Positions 1 to 9,485 of a stretch of 64,000 nt of DNA are shown piece after piece (the first letter of the stretch is position 1; each line of letters begins with the position of its first letter). The stretch is from Patescibacteria group bacterium (GTDB lineage: Bacteria; Patescibacteriota; Saccharimonadia; Saccharimonadales; Saccharimonadaceae). The DNA lies in assembly GCA_020160975.1 (NCBI GenBank), contig JAIUPJ010000001.1, positions 907,551 through 971,550 of the forward strand, written 5' to 3'. A program made the position numbers and the translations under genes. Below the pieces are notes generated by a model. That model was not told the origin of the DNA. It searched no databases and saw only the letters and a list, made by a program, of their open reading frames with translations.

Positions 1-1221
1 AATATCGCCTTTTGGGGAGTAGACAAAGATGCGATCGCCAAATAGATCAACCTTGAGGTCTTCTTCGTTAAACTCTTTGCCTTCTTTGATCAGCGAAGCG
101 GCATGCTGGAGGTCTGCAATCCAGTGCAAGTCGGCGGGTAGCTGTGCAATCGTCCCTTTTTTATAGGCATCTGAAAGCTTCTGTTCGTTATAGTGAAAGC
201 TTGCGGCCAGCCCACGCTCGGCATAATCGTGCATCTCATGAGTACGCACTTGAAATTCGACTGGCTGACCCGAATGGGCGATCACCGTCGTGTGGAGGCT
301 TTGGTAGCCGTTTGGCTTTGGTTGAGCGATGTAATCTTTGATACGATCGACCATCGGTTCGTACATGCTATGAAGTTCGCCGAGCACTAGGTAGCAGGTA
401 GAGACATCGTCGACCACGATGCGTAGCGCCATGAGATCGTAGATGTCGTCAATATTTGGCACACGCTTCATTTTTTTGTAAAGGCTATAGACGCTTTTGA
501 CACGACCGTCGATTTCGTGGGGTATTTTTTCTTGATTCAGGTGGTCTTCGACTTCGCGGCGGACGCGCTCGAGTTTTCGTTTGCTTTTCTTGAGCCGGCT
601 GGCCATCAGAGTCTTGGTATTTGCAAATTCCTTTGGAGAGAGATACTGAAAACTGAGCTCTTCGAGCTGCACGCGCACCCGTCCCATGTTGAGTCGGTCG
701 GCGAGCGGCGCAAAAACCTCGATTGTTTCACGGGCAATTTTTTTCTGTTTGGGCGGTGATTTGTACTGGAGGGTTTGCATATTGTGCAGTCGGTCGGCGA
801 GCTTGATGATTATGACGCGGATGTCTTGGCCGACCGCGATCAGTAGCTTGGTGAGATTATCGCGAGTCTGAGGTAAATAGCTCTCGAGATCGCGCATGCC
901 GGCGCGTGCCTGACTAACTTTTGTAACGCCATCGACAAGAAATGCCACATCGCGGCTAAAAAGATGTTCGATGTGATCGAGTGCGGCAGGGGTGTCCTCG
1001 ATGGTGTCGTGGAGTACTCCGGCAACAATCGTATCGATATCCATACCCCATTCAATCAGAAGCGCCGCAACATGAAGAGGATGAGTAATGTAGGGCGCGC
1101 CACTTTTGCGGAGTTGCCCTTCGTGCATCTCTGTTGCATAATCGATAGCGCGTTCCAGCACTTCTAGCTGCTGCTGGCTGTAGTGGGATTTGGCGACTCT
1201 CAGCAACTCGTGTTTATCCAT
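1..1221 (-). CDS. rel: RelA/SpoT-family (p)ppGpp synthetase/hydrolase; N-terminal ~407 codons present, 3' end lies beyond the window start
   Basis: Minus-strand frame is open from position 1 to the ATG at 1219-1221 (MDKHELLRVAKSHY...). HD-domain motifs (HDTIEDT, RLHNM) and synthetase-domain sequence are visible in my own translation. It is absent from the ORF track because there is no stop inside the window. Confidence 0.8.
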   Translation of the reverse strand, partial: MDKHELLRVAKSHYSQQQLEVLERAIDYATEMHEGQLRKSGAPYITHPLHVAALLIEWGMDIDTIVAGVLHDTIEDTPAALDHIEHLFSRDVAFLVDGVTKVSQARAGMRDLESYLPQTRDNLTKLLIAVGQDIRVIIIKLADRLHNMQTLQYKSPPKQKKIARETIEVFAPLADRLNMGRVRVQLEELSFQYLSPKEFANTKTLMASRLKKSKRKLERVRREVEDHLNQEKIPHEIDGRVKSVYSLYKKMKRVPNIDDIYDLMALRIVVDDVSTCYLVLGELHSMYEPMVDRIKDYIAQPKPNGYQSLHTTVIAHSGQPVEFQVRTHEMHDYAERGLAASFHYNEQKLSDAYKKGTIAQLPADLHWIADLQHAASLIKEGKEFNEEDLKVDLFGDRIFVYSPKGDI

Positions 1222-1305
1222 GCATATAGTATACCTGTTTTTGGGATGTGTGCTGTATACTAGAGGATAAAGAGCTAACGCTTAAGGGAAGGGAAAAACA
1301 CAAGT

Positions 1306-2322
1306 ATGATTCGAATCGCAATTAACGGGTTTGGCCGAATTGGGCGCAATGCGTTTAAGATTGCTTTTGAGCGGCAAGACGTCGAGGTAGTGGCCATCAA
1401 TGATTTGACGGACACGAAAACACTGGCGCATCTGCTCAAGCACGATAGCAGCTACGGGACATACGCGCATGAAGTTGGTCATGACGAAACAGGCATCATT
1501 GTAGACGGCAAGCACATTGCGGTGTTGGCTGAAAAAGAGCCGAGCGCATTGCCATGGCATGATCACCAGGTAGATGTAGTAATTGAATCGACCGGATTTT
1601 TCGTCGATCCTGCCAAAGCCCAAGCGCATATCGATGCCGGCGCCAAAAAAGTCGTGATCTCGGCACCTGCAAAAGGCGATGGAGCAGACACGATCGTACT
1701 GGGTGTTAATGAAGACAAGATCGCAGGTAGTACACCGGTAATCTCCAACGCCAGTTGCACAACGAACTGTATCACACCAGTGATGGCCGTGCTTGAGAGT
1801 GAGTTTGGTATCGAGAAAGCGATGATGACAACTGTGCATAGCTACACGGCAAGTCAGCGACTGCAGGATGCACCGGCCAAAGATTTACGTGAGGCGCGTG
1901 CTGCAGCGGAGAACATTGTTCCAACAACTACTGGCGCATCGATTGCGGCAGGCAAGGCATTACCCGCCATTGATGGCAAATTTGGTGGTCTGTCAGTCCG
2001 TGTCCCGACACCAGTCGTGAGCATGAGTGATTTCGTAGTATTGCTCAAGCGTGACGTTACCATTGAGGAAGTTAACCAAGTGTTTCGGGATGCAGCCGAA
2101 AAACCGTTTTATCAAGGGATTCTGGATGTAACAGAAGAGGAGTTGGTGTCGAGCGACTTTCGCGGCAACAGCCACAGTTGCATCATTGATCTGCCGCTGA
2201 CAAATGTTGTAGGAGGTAACCTCCTCAAGGTAGTGGCGTGGTATGACAACGAATGGGGATACAGTAATCGTCTAGTTGAGCTCGTTGCTGACGCTGGTCG
2301 GGCAGTCCAGAATCAACAGTAA
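1306..2322 (+). CDS. gap: glyceraldehyde-3-phosphate dehydrogenase
   Basis: 338 aa. N-terminal NAD-binding motif INGFGRIGR and the catalytic SNASCTTNC motif. GGAAGGGA RBS-like sequence upstream. Confidence 0.95.
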   Translation: MIRIAINGFGRIGRNAFKIAFERQDVEVVAINDLTDTKTLAHLLKHDSSYGTYAHEVGHDETGIIVDGKHIAVLAEKEPSALPWHDHQVDVVIESTGFFVDPAKAQAHIDAGAKKVVISAPAKGDGADTIVLGVNEDKIAGSTPVISNASCTTNCITPVMAVLESEFGIEKAMMTTVHSYTASQRLQDAPAKDLREARAAAENIVPTTTGASIAAGKALPAIDGKFGGLSVRVPTPVVSMSDFVVLLKRDVTIEEVNQVFRDAAEKPFYQGILDVTEEELVSSDFRGNSHSCIIDLPLTNVVGGNLLKVVAWYDNEWGYSNRLVELVADAGRAVQNQQ

Positions 2323-2331
2323 AGCAAAGGG

Positions 2332-3099
2332 GTGGGAATGACGCGATTTATCCATCGGAGTCTGAAACAACAGGTAACTAATCGAGGATTTACGATCGTT
2401 GAGTTAATTATGGTTGTCGTTGTAATTGCGATCTTGGCGGCGATTGTGATTGTTGCCTACAACGGCTCTCAGCGTCGGGCGATGGACGGGCAGGTACAGC
2501 AGACAATCTCTGATGCGCGCAAGAGTCTCCAGGTTTATTACGCGTTTAACAACAACTATCCACCAAATATCGCGAATACTGAATACGCACCGCCACTCAC
2601 AGTTGCAGTTGTGTTGTATACAGATGCTCCGCAGTTACCGATTTATTCTGGCTTGTCTACCAGTCAGAATGCCCAGTTGTTTCTCAATGCCTGCAATGGG
2701 TTTATGCCGATTGTGGATAATGGCACGACGTACAATACCTCCTGTGTCTACAATGGAAACAACGAGCATATCAAAGGCACGCAGAGCTCGAATGTCGTGA
2801 TTCATGGCCCGATAATTAACGAGTCGGACTTTGTGTTGACGTGTGGAGGGGCGTGTACGGCAACACAAAATAACATCATCAGTACCTTCAAGGCACAGGG
2901 CGGGTCATTCCCGGTAACAGTGCCGAAAAAAGGCAGTACACTGCCGTCACCAACATCGCTTGCAACCACGGGCCCCGCGTCTGATTACTGTCTAGAAGGT
3001 CGAGCTCCTCAGTTTCGCGATGTGATTTATCATGCTACCCCAGACGAGGCAGTCACCAAAGGCCCTTGTCCCACGACACCTACGCTGCATTACCCGTGA
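2332..3099 (+). CDS. type IV pilin-like protein (prepilin with class III signal)
   Basis: Basic leader ending in Gly, then FTIVELIMVVVVIAILAAIVIVAY, matching the G^F(T)xxE prepilin-peptidase motif. The remainder is Thr/Asn/Cys-rich. Confidence 0.75.
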   Translation: MGMTRFIHRSLKQQVTNRGFTIVELIMVVVVIAILAAIVIVAYNGSQRRAMDGQVQQTISDARKSLQVYYAFNNNYPPNIANTEYAPPLTVAVVLYTDAPQLPIYSGLSTSQNAQLFLNACNGFMPIVDNGTTYNTSCVYNGNNEHIKGTQSSNVVIHGPIINESDFVLTCGGACTATQNNIISTFKAQGGSFPVTVPKKGSTLPSPTSLATTGPASDYCLEGRAPQFRDVIYHATPDEAVTKGPCPTTPTLHYP

Positions 3100-3138
3100 G
3101 TGCTTTACAGCCTTGGTGATAGCGCTTATACTTAGGGT

Positions 3139-3600
3139 ATGAAGATTTTTCTCGGTGCTGACCACGGCGGCTACTATTTGAAAGAAAAGATCGCCGCCTA
3201 TCTCAGCAAACACGGCTATGAGTGGGAAGATGTTGGCGACAAAGAGCTTGACCCACAAGATGACTTTCCACAGTTTGCGCAGATGGCCGCAACAAAAGTG
3301 CTTGGTGAGGACGAAAAGACAGATCCGAGGGCGATTCTGATTTGCACCGGAGGTCAGGGTATGGCAATGGCGGCAAATCGATTCCGCGGCATACGCGCAG
3401 CGGTCATATGGGATTCATTCGAGGCCAAGGAGTCTCGCAATGATAACGACAGCAACGTATTGTGTCTGCCGGCCCGTGTACTCGATTCACCAGGCGACGA
3501 CCTCGAGATTTGGAAAGACATTATCGATACCTGGATCGGCACGCCATTTGCTGGTGCTGCTCGATACGCTAGGCGCAATGCAGAATTGGATAAGTTCTAA
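3139..3600 (+). CDS. rpiB: ribose-5-phosphate isomerase B (RpiB/LacAB family)
   Basis: 153 aa, N-terminus MKIFLGADHGGYYLKEKI, size and motifs typical of RpiB. Confidence 0.9.
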   Translation: MKIFLGADHGGYYLKEKIAAYLSKHGYEWEDVGDKELDPQDDFPQFAQMAATKVLGEDEKTDPRAILICTGGQGMAMAANRFRGIRAAVIWDSFEAKESRNDNDSNVLCLPARVLDSPGDDLEIWKDIIDTWIGTPFAGAARYARRNAELDKF

Positions 3601-4244
3601 TGACGGCGATTGCCCCTGCGATTCTGTGTGAAACTGAAGATGAATACAAGGCGACGATTGAGCGGCTTCATCCGTTTGCTAAGCGCGTCCATATTGATTT
3701 GACCGATGGTGAATTCGCTCCGACTTTTACGGTTGGAGTCAATCAAATCTGGTGGCCTGCTGAGTGGGAAGTAGACATCCATGCCATGGTGGCGCGTCCA
3801 TCGCAATACGTGGCGGCATTGATTCAACTTAAGCCATCTACTGTCATATTTCATGCCGAGGCCTCAGAAGATTTGACGACGACACTGCAGCAGCTCAAGG
3901 CTGCGGGAATCAAGGCGGGGGTGGCACTGCTGCGTCCTACAGTACCGAGCACAGTGCAATCGTATATCGAAGCCGCCGATCATGTGTTGGTGTTTTCGGG
4001 TGATCTTGGTCACTACGGCGGGACAGCGAGCTTGATGCAGCTCGAAAAAGTCCGCTTGATCCGTAACATTCATCCCACCGTCGAAGTTGGCTGGGATGGC
4101 GGTGCAAATCTTGAGAATGCCTTTAGTTTGTCGCAAGGTGGTATTGATGTCGTAAATTGTGGGGGAGCCATTAACACTGCGGCTGATCCAGCAGTCGCAT
4201 TTCGGCAACTAACGGAAGAAATTAATAAGCACGCGGTGATTTAG
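3600..4244 (+). CDS. rpe: ribulose-phosphate 3-epimerase-family protein
   Basis: 214 aa TIM-barrel-like protein with HIDLTDGEFAP and DVVNCGGAI motifs. Pentose-phosphate gene context. Stop and start overlap rpiB. Confidence 0.7.
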   Translation: MTAIAPAILCETEDEYKATIERLHPFAKRVHIDLTDGEFAPTFTVGVNQIWWPAEWEVDIHAMVARPSQYVAALIQLKPSTVIFHAEASEDLTTTLQQLKAAGIKAGVALLRPTVPSTVQSYIEAADHVLVFSGDLGHYGGTASLMQLEKVRLIRNIHPTVEVGWDGGANLENAFSLSQGGIDVVNCGGAINTAADPAVAFRQLTEEINKHAVI

Positions 4245-4252
4245 GGAGGTAT

Positions 4253-5104
4253 ATGCTAACGGAACGCCAGATCGAGCAAAAAGCCAACGAGATCCGAAAG
4301 AGTATCATCCGGATGCTTGAAGCAGCCGGTAGTGGGCATAGCGCTGGCCCGCTGGGGCTAGCCGATTTGCTTGCGACACTGTATTTTGGCGTGCTGAATG
4401 TCGATCCGAAACAGCCGGAGAAGTCTGATAGAGATGTATTTTTTCTGAGTAACGGCCACTGTGTGCCAGTCCAGTATGCCGCCATGGCTGAAGCAGGGTT
4501 TTTCCCGAAAGAAGAATTATTGACTCTCCGCAAATGGGGCTCCCGTCTACAAGGTCACCCTGAGCGCACGAAGTTACCTGGGCTGGAAAACACAAGCGGT
4601 CCGCTGGGATGCGGCATTGGACAGGGGGCTGGCTATGCCTATGCACTCCAGTACCTCGACCATCAGCCGCATCGCTGGGTCTATGTTGTCACTGGTGACG
4701 GCGAGCTGAACGAAGGCAACATTTGGGAATCAATTATGTTCGCCGGCAAGTATAAGCTCAGTCAGCTGATCGTGTTCGTTGACCGCAATAATATTCAGAT
4801 TGATGGCCCAACTGAGCAGGTTATGCCACTTGAGAACCTGCATGCAAAATGGGAATCCTTTGGTTGGCATGTTCAGGAAATCGATGGACACAATATCGAA
4901 AGTATTTTGGACGCTGTGGGGATGGCTAAGGCAATTGAAAATCGTCCAAGCGTCATCATTACCCATACAATTCCAGGAAAAAATGTCGATTTTATGGAAT
5001 ACAATTACAAATGGCACGGTATTCCGCCCAATAAAGAACAAGCCAAGGTAGCACTGAAAGAGCTGCGGACCATGGGCGGCAAGATACGCGCCGAGCACGA
5101 ATAA
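4253..5104 (+). CDS. transketolase, N-terminal (TPP-binding) subunit
   Basis: 283 aa with GHSAGPLGLADLL, GHCVPVQYAAMAEAG and the TGDGELNEGNIWE TPP-binding motif. Confidence 0.9.
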   Translation: MLTERQIEQKANEIRKSIIRMLEAAGSGHSAGPLGLADLLATLYFGVLNVDPKQPEKSDRDVFFLSNGHCVPVQYAAMAEAGFFPKEELLTLRKWGSRLQGHPERTKLPGLENTSGPLGCGIGQGAGYAYALQYLDHQPHRWVYVVTGDGELNEGNIWESIMFAGKYKLSQLIVFVDRNNIQIDGPTEQVMPLENLHAKWESFGWHVQEIDGHNIESILDAVGMAKAIENRPSVIITHTIPGKNVDFMEYNYKWHGIPPNKEQAKVALKELRTMGGKIRAEHE

Positions 5105-5127
5105 TCAAAGTAATCAGGAGAGTCATC

Positions 5128-6072
5128 ATGACGCCACAATCACCAGTACCAAGCGACCAGTCATCATTACCAGAACAGAATTCATTTGTTCCCACGCCTC
5201 CACAACCATCGTATGAGCAGCCACCACTGATGGCTCAGCCATCTACACCTGGCGTAGGAGCGCCCTATCAAGTGGCAGCAGAAAATCCTGGCAAGACACT
5301 GGGTATCGTTAGTATTGTTCTCGGTGCACTTATGATCTGGGTTGTCGGTCTGCCGCTTGGTATCGTCTCGATCGTCAAGTCGCGCAAAGCACAAGCATCT
5401 CCCATGCTTGGGATCATTGGAACGATCTTGAACGCGCTCGCGATTATCGGCTCGATTATTCTCGTCATGCTTGTTGTCATGGCGTATGGCGGTTTGAAAG
5501 AGAGCGCAAAAGAGGTACAGCAAGAAGCAATGAGTAACCAGGCTAAACTGGATGCGGAGACGCAATCGGCTGTGGGTGGTCTAGATGTGCCGATTACCGA
5601 ACCTTACAAAGTGACAAAGGGTGACGGCAATGCCTACTGGTCATTCCCGGCACCGCCGAGCGGCTGGAAGCTTGTTACGTTTGATAAAGAAGGGGTCAAT
5701 ACTATCCAGCGTACTGATGATTCCGCGCAGTTCACCTCATACCAAGGGATTGAGTCGATTACTGGCACTGACGAGGAGGCGACACGCACCGGCATCAACA
5801 CCTATTTGACGGCACTCAGTGCCAAGAAGGTTGGTGCGGAGTCTTCGATGATTATTTCACGCATGTCAGATGGCAAATCGGTTGAGTTTATCACCCAAAA
5901 CTACACATTCTTGGCGCCAGATAGCGTACCGGCAAAAGGCCGTATTGCGGGGCGAGTATTTGACAACGGGCATGTGCTGCTCGTGGCATACTATGCTCTC
6001 GAAGATACATTTAGTGAAACAGACTGGGATAGCCTCACCGCCAAGCTTCACATCAACGATGGAGTGATGTAA
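5128..6072 (+). CDS. hypothetical membrane protein (Pro/Gln-rich N-terminus, two TM helices, C-terminal globular domain)
   Basis: 314-aa ORF tightly packed between the two transketolase subunit genes. Hydrophobic stretch GIVSIVLGALMIWVVGLPLGIVSIV resembles a DUF4190-type segment. Confidence 0.5.
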   Translation: MTPQSPVPSDQSSLPEQNSFVPTPPQPSYEQPPLMAQPSTPGVGAPYQVAAENPGKTLGIVSIVLGALMIWVVGLPLGIVSIVKSRKAQASPMLGIIGTILNALAIIGSIILVMLVVMAYGGLKESAKEVQQEAMSNQAKLDAETQSAVGGLDVPITEPYKVTKGDGNAYWSFPAPPSGWKLVTFDKEGVNTIQRTDDSAQFTSYQGIESITGTDEEATRTGINTYLTALSAKKVGAESSMIISRMSDGKSVEFITQNYTFLAPDSVPAKGRIAGRVFDNGHVLLVAYYALEDTFSETDWDSLTAKLHINDGVM

Positions 6073-7071
6073 ATGACTCAGTACCCGCTCAACACCAAAC
6101 TTTATTCTGATGATCCCGACGTCGAGCCGACTCGCACTGGATTTGGCCGGGGGCTAAAGGTAGCGGGTGAAACAAACACAGCTGTTGTGGGACTCTGCGC
6201 TGATTTGGTAGAAAGTGTGCAAATGCATGTGTTTGCCGAGGCGTTTCCCGAGCGATATATCGAGATTGGGGTGGCCGAGCAAAACTTAGCAGCGGTGGCT
6301 GCTGGACTAGCGCGTGCCGGCAAAATTCCGTTCGCAGCTAGCTACGCGGCATTTAGCCCTGGGCGCAACTGGGAGCAGATCAAGACCATGACCGCACTTA
6401 ACGAGTTGCCAGTCAAGATGGTTGGGGCGCATGCTGGTTCGACAGTCGGCCCAGATGGAGCTACCCACCAGATGTTTGAAGATATCGCCATGATGCGAGT
6501 GATGCCGAATATGACAGTGGTGTGCCCAGGTGATTCAGTTGAGGCCGAGAAAGCTACCATAGCGCTGGCAGAACATCCCGGTGCTTGCTATCTACGCATT
6601 GCCAGGGAGAAGACGCCGATATTTAGCACGCATGAAAGCCCGTTCGAGATTGGCAAAGCCTATGTACTACGGGAGGGAAACGACGTGACGATTCTTTCAA
6701 CAGGTATTGAAACCCCCTATGCTTTGAAAGCCGCCCAAGCGCTAGCAAAAGATGGCATTGATGCCGAGGTTGTACACGTCCCGACCGTCAAGCCGCTCGA
6801 TACTAAGACGATTCTGATGAGTATCAAAAAAACTGGCCGTGCAGTGAGTTGTGAAGATGCACAGGCGGCGGGGGGGTTTGGCGGAGTGATTGCAGAGCTG
6901 CTATGCGACGAAATGCCTGCGCCGCTCCTCCGAATTGGGATCGATGATCGCTACGGCGAGTCAGGTGCGCCGTTGGAGGTGCACCAAAAACTTGGCTTAG
7001 CAGATGACTCGATCGCCACGCGTACGAAAGAATTTGTAGCTAGTCGTCCCCAATACAAGCCTGGCTTTTAA
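6073..7071 (+). CDS. transketolase, C-terminal (pyrimidine-binding) subunit
   Basis: 332 aa with the GVAEQNLAAVAAGLA motif and a C-terminal transketolase domain. Start overlaps the preceding stop (ATGTAAATG). Confidence 0.9.
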   Translation: MTQYPLNTKLYSDDPDVEPTRTGFGRGLKVAGETNTAVVGLCADLVESVQMHVFAEAFPERYIEIGVAEQNLAAVAAGLARAGKIPFAASYAAFSPGRNWEQIKTMTALNELPVKMVGAHAGSTVGPDGATHQMFEDIAMMRVMPNMTVVCPGDSVEAEKATIALAEHPGACYLRIAREKTPIFSTHESPFEIGKAYVLREGNDVTILSTGIETPYALKAAQALAKDGIDAEVVHVPTVKPLDTKTILMSIKKTGRAVSCEDAQAAGGFGGVIAELLCDEMPAPLLRIGIDDRYGESGAPLEVHQKLGLADDSIATRTKEFVASRPQYKPGF

Positions 7072-7160
7072 GATCGAGAAAATGAAAACGGCCCACCGAA
7101 AGGGCTCAAGCGCGAATGTGATTGAACACATTCGGCGAACCGTTTTCGATGGGCTTTTCC

Positions 7161-7406
7161 TCAGTCGGGGATAAGGAGCGAGCCGATGAGCCCCACGACG
7201 AAGCTGCCGAGCCACCACCCGAGGAAGTCTGTTCCGTGGTTCTGTGCCCAGCTGTACTGGACGATGGCGATGAACAGGATCGCGGCGATCACGATGAGGA
7301 GCTCGACGATCACGGGGAGCCTGTCGTGATAGGAAATCAGCGCGATCGCCACCAGGACGGGAGCGAAGAACGAAAGAACAACCAGGGCGAAGAGAAATGC
7401 CTCCAT
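7161..7406 (-). CDS. small two-TM membrane protein, possibly GlsB/YeaQ/YmgE family
   Basis: 81-aa ORF, strongly hydrophobic with a Gly-rich second helix (LGWWLGSFVVGLIGSLL). Local GC is clearly above the window average. Confidence 0.4.
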   Translation of the reverse strand: MEAFLFALVVLSFFAPVLVAIALISYHDRLPVIVELLIVIAAILFIAIVQYSWAQNHGTDFLGWWLGSFVVGLIGSLLIPD

Positions 7407-7590
7407 GGCTAGCCAACTTTCTGAGGTGCGCTGATCGCACCTCGGTAGAATGAACCGGAAATTGCGAACAGCTAAATCTCATTATAGCATACATATATAA
7501 AAATGTCAACTGTTCCTGTCAAGTCACGGGGGTGGTATACTAAGTAACAGATAAGCATGAGTAATTTCTAATCGATCAAAAGGGGTAAGT

Positions 7591-8502
7591 ATGGGCCTAA
7601 CAATAGCTGAAATTCGTGACAGGACACTCAGGGCACGACACTTGATGCAGCGTAGCCGCAGCCAAAGCTTTGCGGTCGGTGCATTTAATATCGACAACCA
7701 AGAGACATTGATTGCGGTGTGCCGAGCGGCGCAGAAGCTCAATGCCCCAGTGCTTGTCGAAGTCAGTGACGGTGAAGTGAAAGCTCTAGGCCTCGAGAAT
7801 ATTCGTGACCTGGTGGACAACTACCGCGACGAATACGGTGTCGAAATCTACATCAACCTCGACCATAGCCCTTCGGTCGAGGCTTGCAAACGCGCTATCG
7901 ACGCCGGCTATGAATTTATCCACATCGACATCTCACAGGCAAATCACGATGCGAGCGAAGAAGAAATTATTGCCAAGACAAAAGAAGTTGTTGAATACGC
8001 GAAATTTACTGGCGCGCTTGTAGAGAGTGAGCCTCATTACTTTGGTGGCAGCAGCAACCTCCACAAAGAAGAGATCGACTACGAGACCATCAAAAAAACC
8101 TTCAGCACACCTGAGGGAGCCAAGAGTTTCGTCGAAGCAACGGGCATCGATACCTTTGCCGCAGCCATCGGCAATTTGCACGGCAAATACCCAGTACCAA
8201 AACAACTCGATCTTGAGCTACTACAGAGAATCCGTGGATCAATCGACTGTCAGATATCACTCCATGGTGGTTCAGGAACACCGCTTGAGCAGTTCCGTGC
8301 GGCGGCCGAGATTGGTGTCAGTAAGATCAATATTAACAGTGATATGCGCGTGGCTTTTCGGGATACTCTAGTAAAAGTTCTTCAGGATAACCCCGATGAA
8401 TATGCCGTCGTCAAGCTCATGCCAGAGGTATATGAAGCGGTGCAGGTAGTGGTCGAAGAAAAGATCAACGCATTCGGGAGTGCAGGAAAGGCGGTGCGCT
8501 AA
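7591..8502 (+). CDS. fba: class II fructose/tagatose-bisphosphate aldolase
   Basis: 303 aa with AVGAFNIDNQETL, LDHS and HGGSG motifs of class II aldolases. Confidence 0.9.
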   Translation: MGLTIAEIRDRTLRARHLMQRSRSQSFAVGAFNIDNQETLIAVCRAAQKLNAPVLVEVSDGEVKALGLENIRDLVDNYRDEYGVEIYINLDHSPSVEACKRAIDAGYEFIHIDISQANHDASEEEIIAKTKEVVEYAKFTGALVESEPHYFGGSSNLHKEEIDYETIKKTFSTPEGAKSFVEATGIDTFAAAIGNLHGKYPVPKQLDLELLQRIRGSIDCQISLHGGSGTPLEQFRAAAEIGVSKININSDMRVAFRDTLVKVLQDNPDEYAVVKLMPEVYEAVQVVVEEKINAFGSAGKAVR

Positions 8503-9485
8503 TGGTCAAAATATTGGCAATTGGCAAGGCAACGCAAGACGTATTTCTTCGCAGTGATGAATTTGACCCGCATAAACAAGGTCAGCGCCTGTATACTGAA
8601 TTGCCGCTTGGGCTCAAGATGGAAGTCGAGGATGTGACATTTTGTACGGGTGGCAATGCGACCAATGTGGCTGTCACAATCGCACGGCAAGGCCTCGATA
8701 GTGCGTATTTGTGGGGGCTTGGTGAAGACCCAGCAAGTAATGCGATTTTACACGAACTTGATGGTGAAGGTGTCAGTACCCAGCATGTTATCCAGCAACC
8801 AGAGTACCAATCAGGGTACTCGGTGATTATGATCGCCACCAATGGCGAACGAACAATTCTAAATCATCGTGGACGGGCATTTGGCCGCACGGGTCGACAC
8901 GGGTTTGATCTAGGGGTGATCAAGGAGTTTGACTGGGTATATCCGACTTCACTAGGAGATGGCGGATTGCCGTTGTTGCGTGAAATTGTTGATGCGGCTG
9001 AAGCGGGTGGCGTAAAGGTGATGTTGAATCCAGCCGGGCCAGAACTTGCCGAGCCCGATAAACTCAAATCAATTCTCGAAAGTGTCGAAGTGCTCTGTGT
9101 TAATAAAGAGGAAATGAAAATGATAGTTCACGGGGAAACTCTGGAAGAGTTGGCACTGCATGCGCTTTCCTATGTCCCGGTGGCGATTGTCAGTGATGGG
9201 CCAAACGGTGTGGTGGCGACCGACGGGAAGACGATCGTTAGGGCGGGAATGTACGAAGACGTGCCGGTGATCGATCGGACAGGAGCAGGCGATGCCTTTG
9301 CTAGTGGCTTTTTGAGCCAGTGGAGTCAGGGAAAGTCGCTCAAAGATTCGATTGTCTTTGCCAGTGCCAATAGCACCAGTGTGGTAACTAAAATTGGCGC
9401 CAAAACGGGGATACTGCGCAAGGACGCACGGCTGCACGAGATGCCAATTCATGAATCACCAGTCAATCAGCGAGGAACGAAATAA
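8502..9485 (+). CDS. PfkB-family carbohydrate kinase
   Basis: 327 aa with GGNATNVA and the C-terminal DRTGAGDAFASGF signature. Directly follows fba. Confidence 0.85.
   Translation: MVKILAIGKATQDVFLRSDEFDPHKQGQRLYTELPLGLKMEVEDVTFCTGGNATNVAVTIARQGLDSAYLWGLGEDPASNAILHELDGEGVSTQHVIQQPEYQSGYSVIMIATNGERTILNHRGRAFGRTGRHGFDLGVIKEFDWVYPTSLGDGGLPLLREIVDAAEAGGVKVMLNPAGPELAEPDKLKSILESVEVLCVNKEEMKMIVHGETLEELALHALSYVPVAIVSDGPNGVVATDGKTIVRAGMYEDVPVIDRTGAGDAFASGFLSQWSQGKSLKDSIVFASANSTSVVTKIGAKTGILRKDARLHEMPIHESPVNQRGTK

Noticed and set aside
144-1167. Several 60-80-codon plus-strand ORFs at the window start
   Set aside because: They lie antisense to a continuous, clearly homologous minus-strand RelA/SpoT reading frame and have no protein-like features.
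6997-7509. 170-codon minus-strand ORF spanning the tkt end and the small membrane gene
   Set aside because: Arg/Pro-rich low complexity. It overlaps a real gene end and a better 81-aa membrane ORF in another frame.
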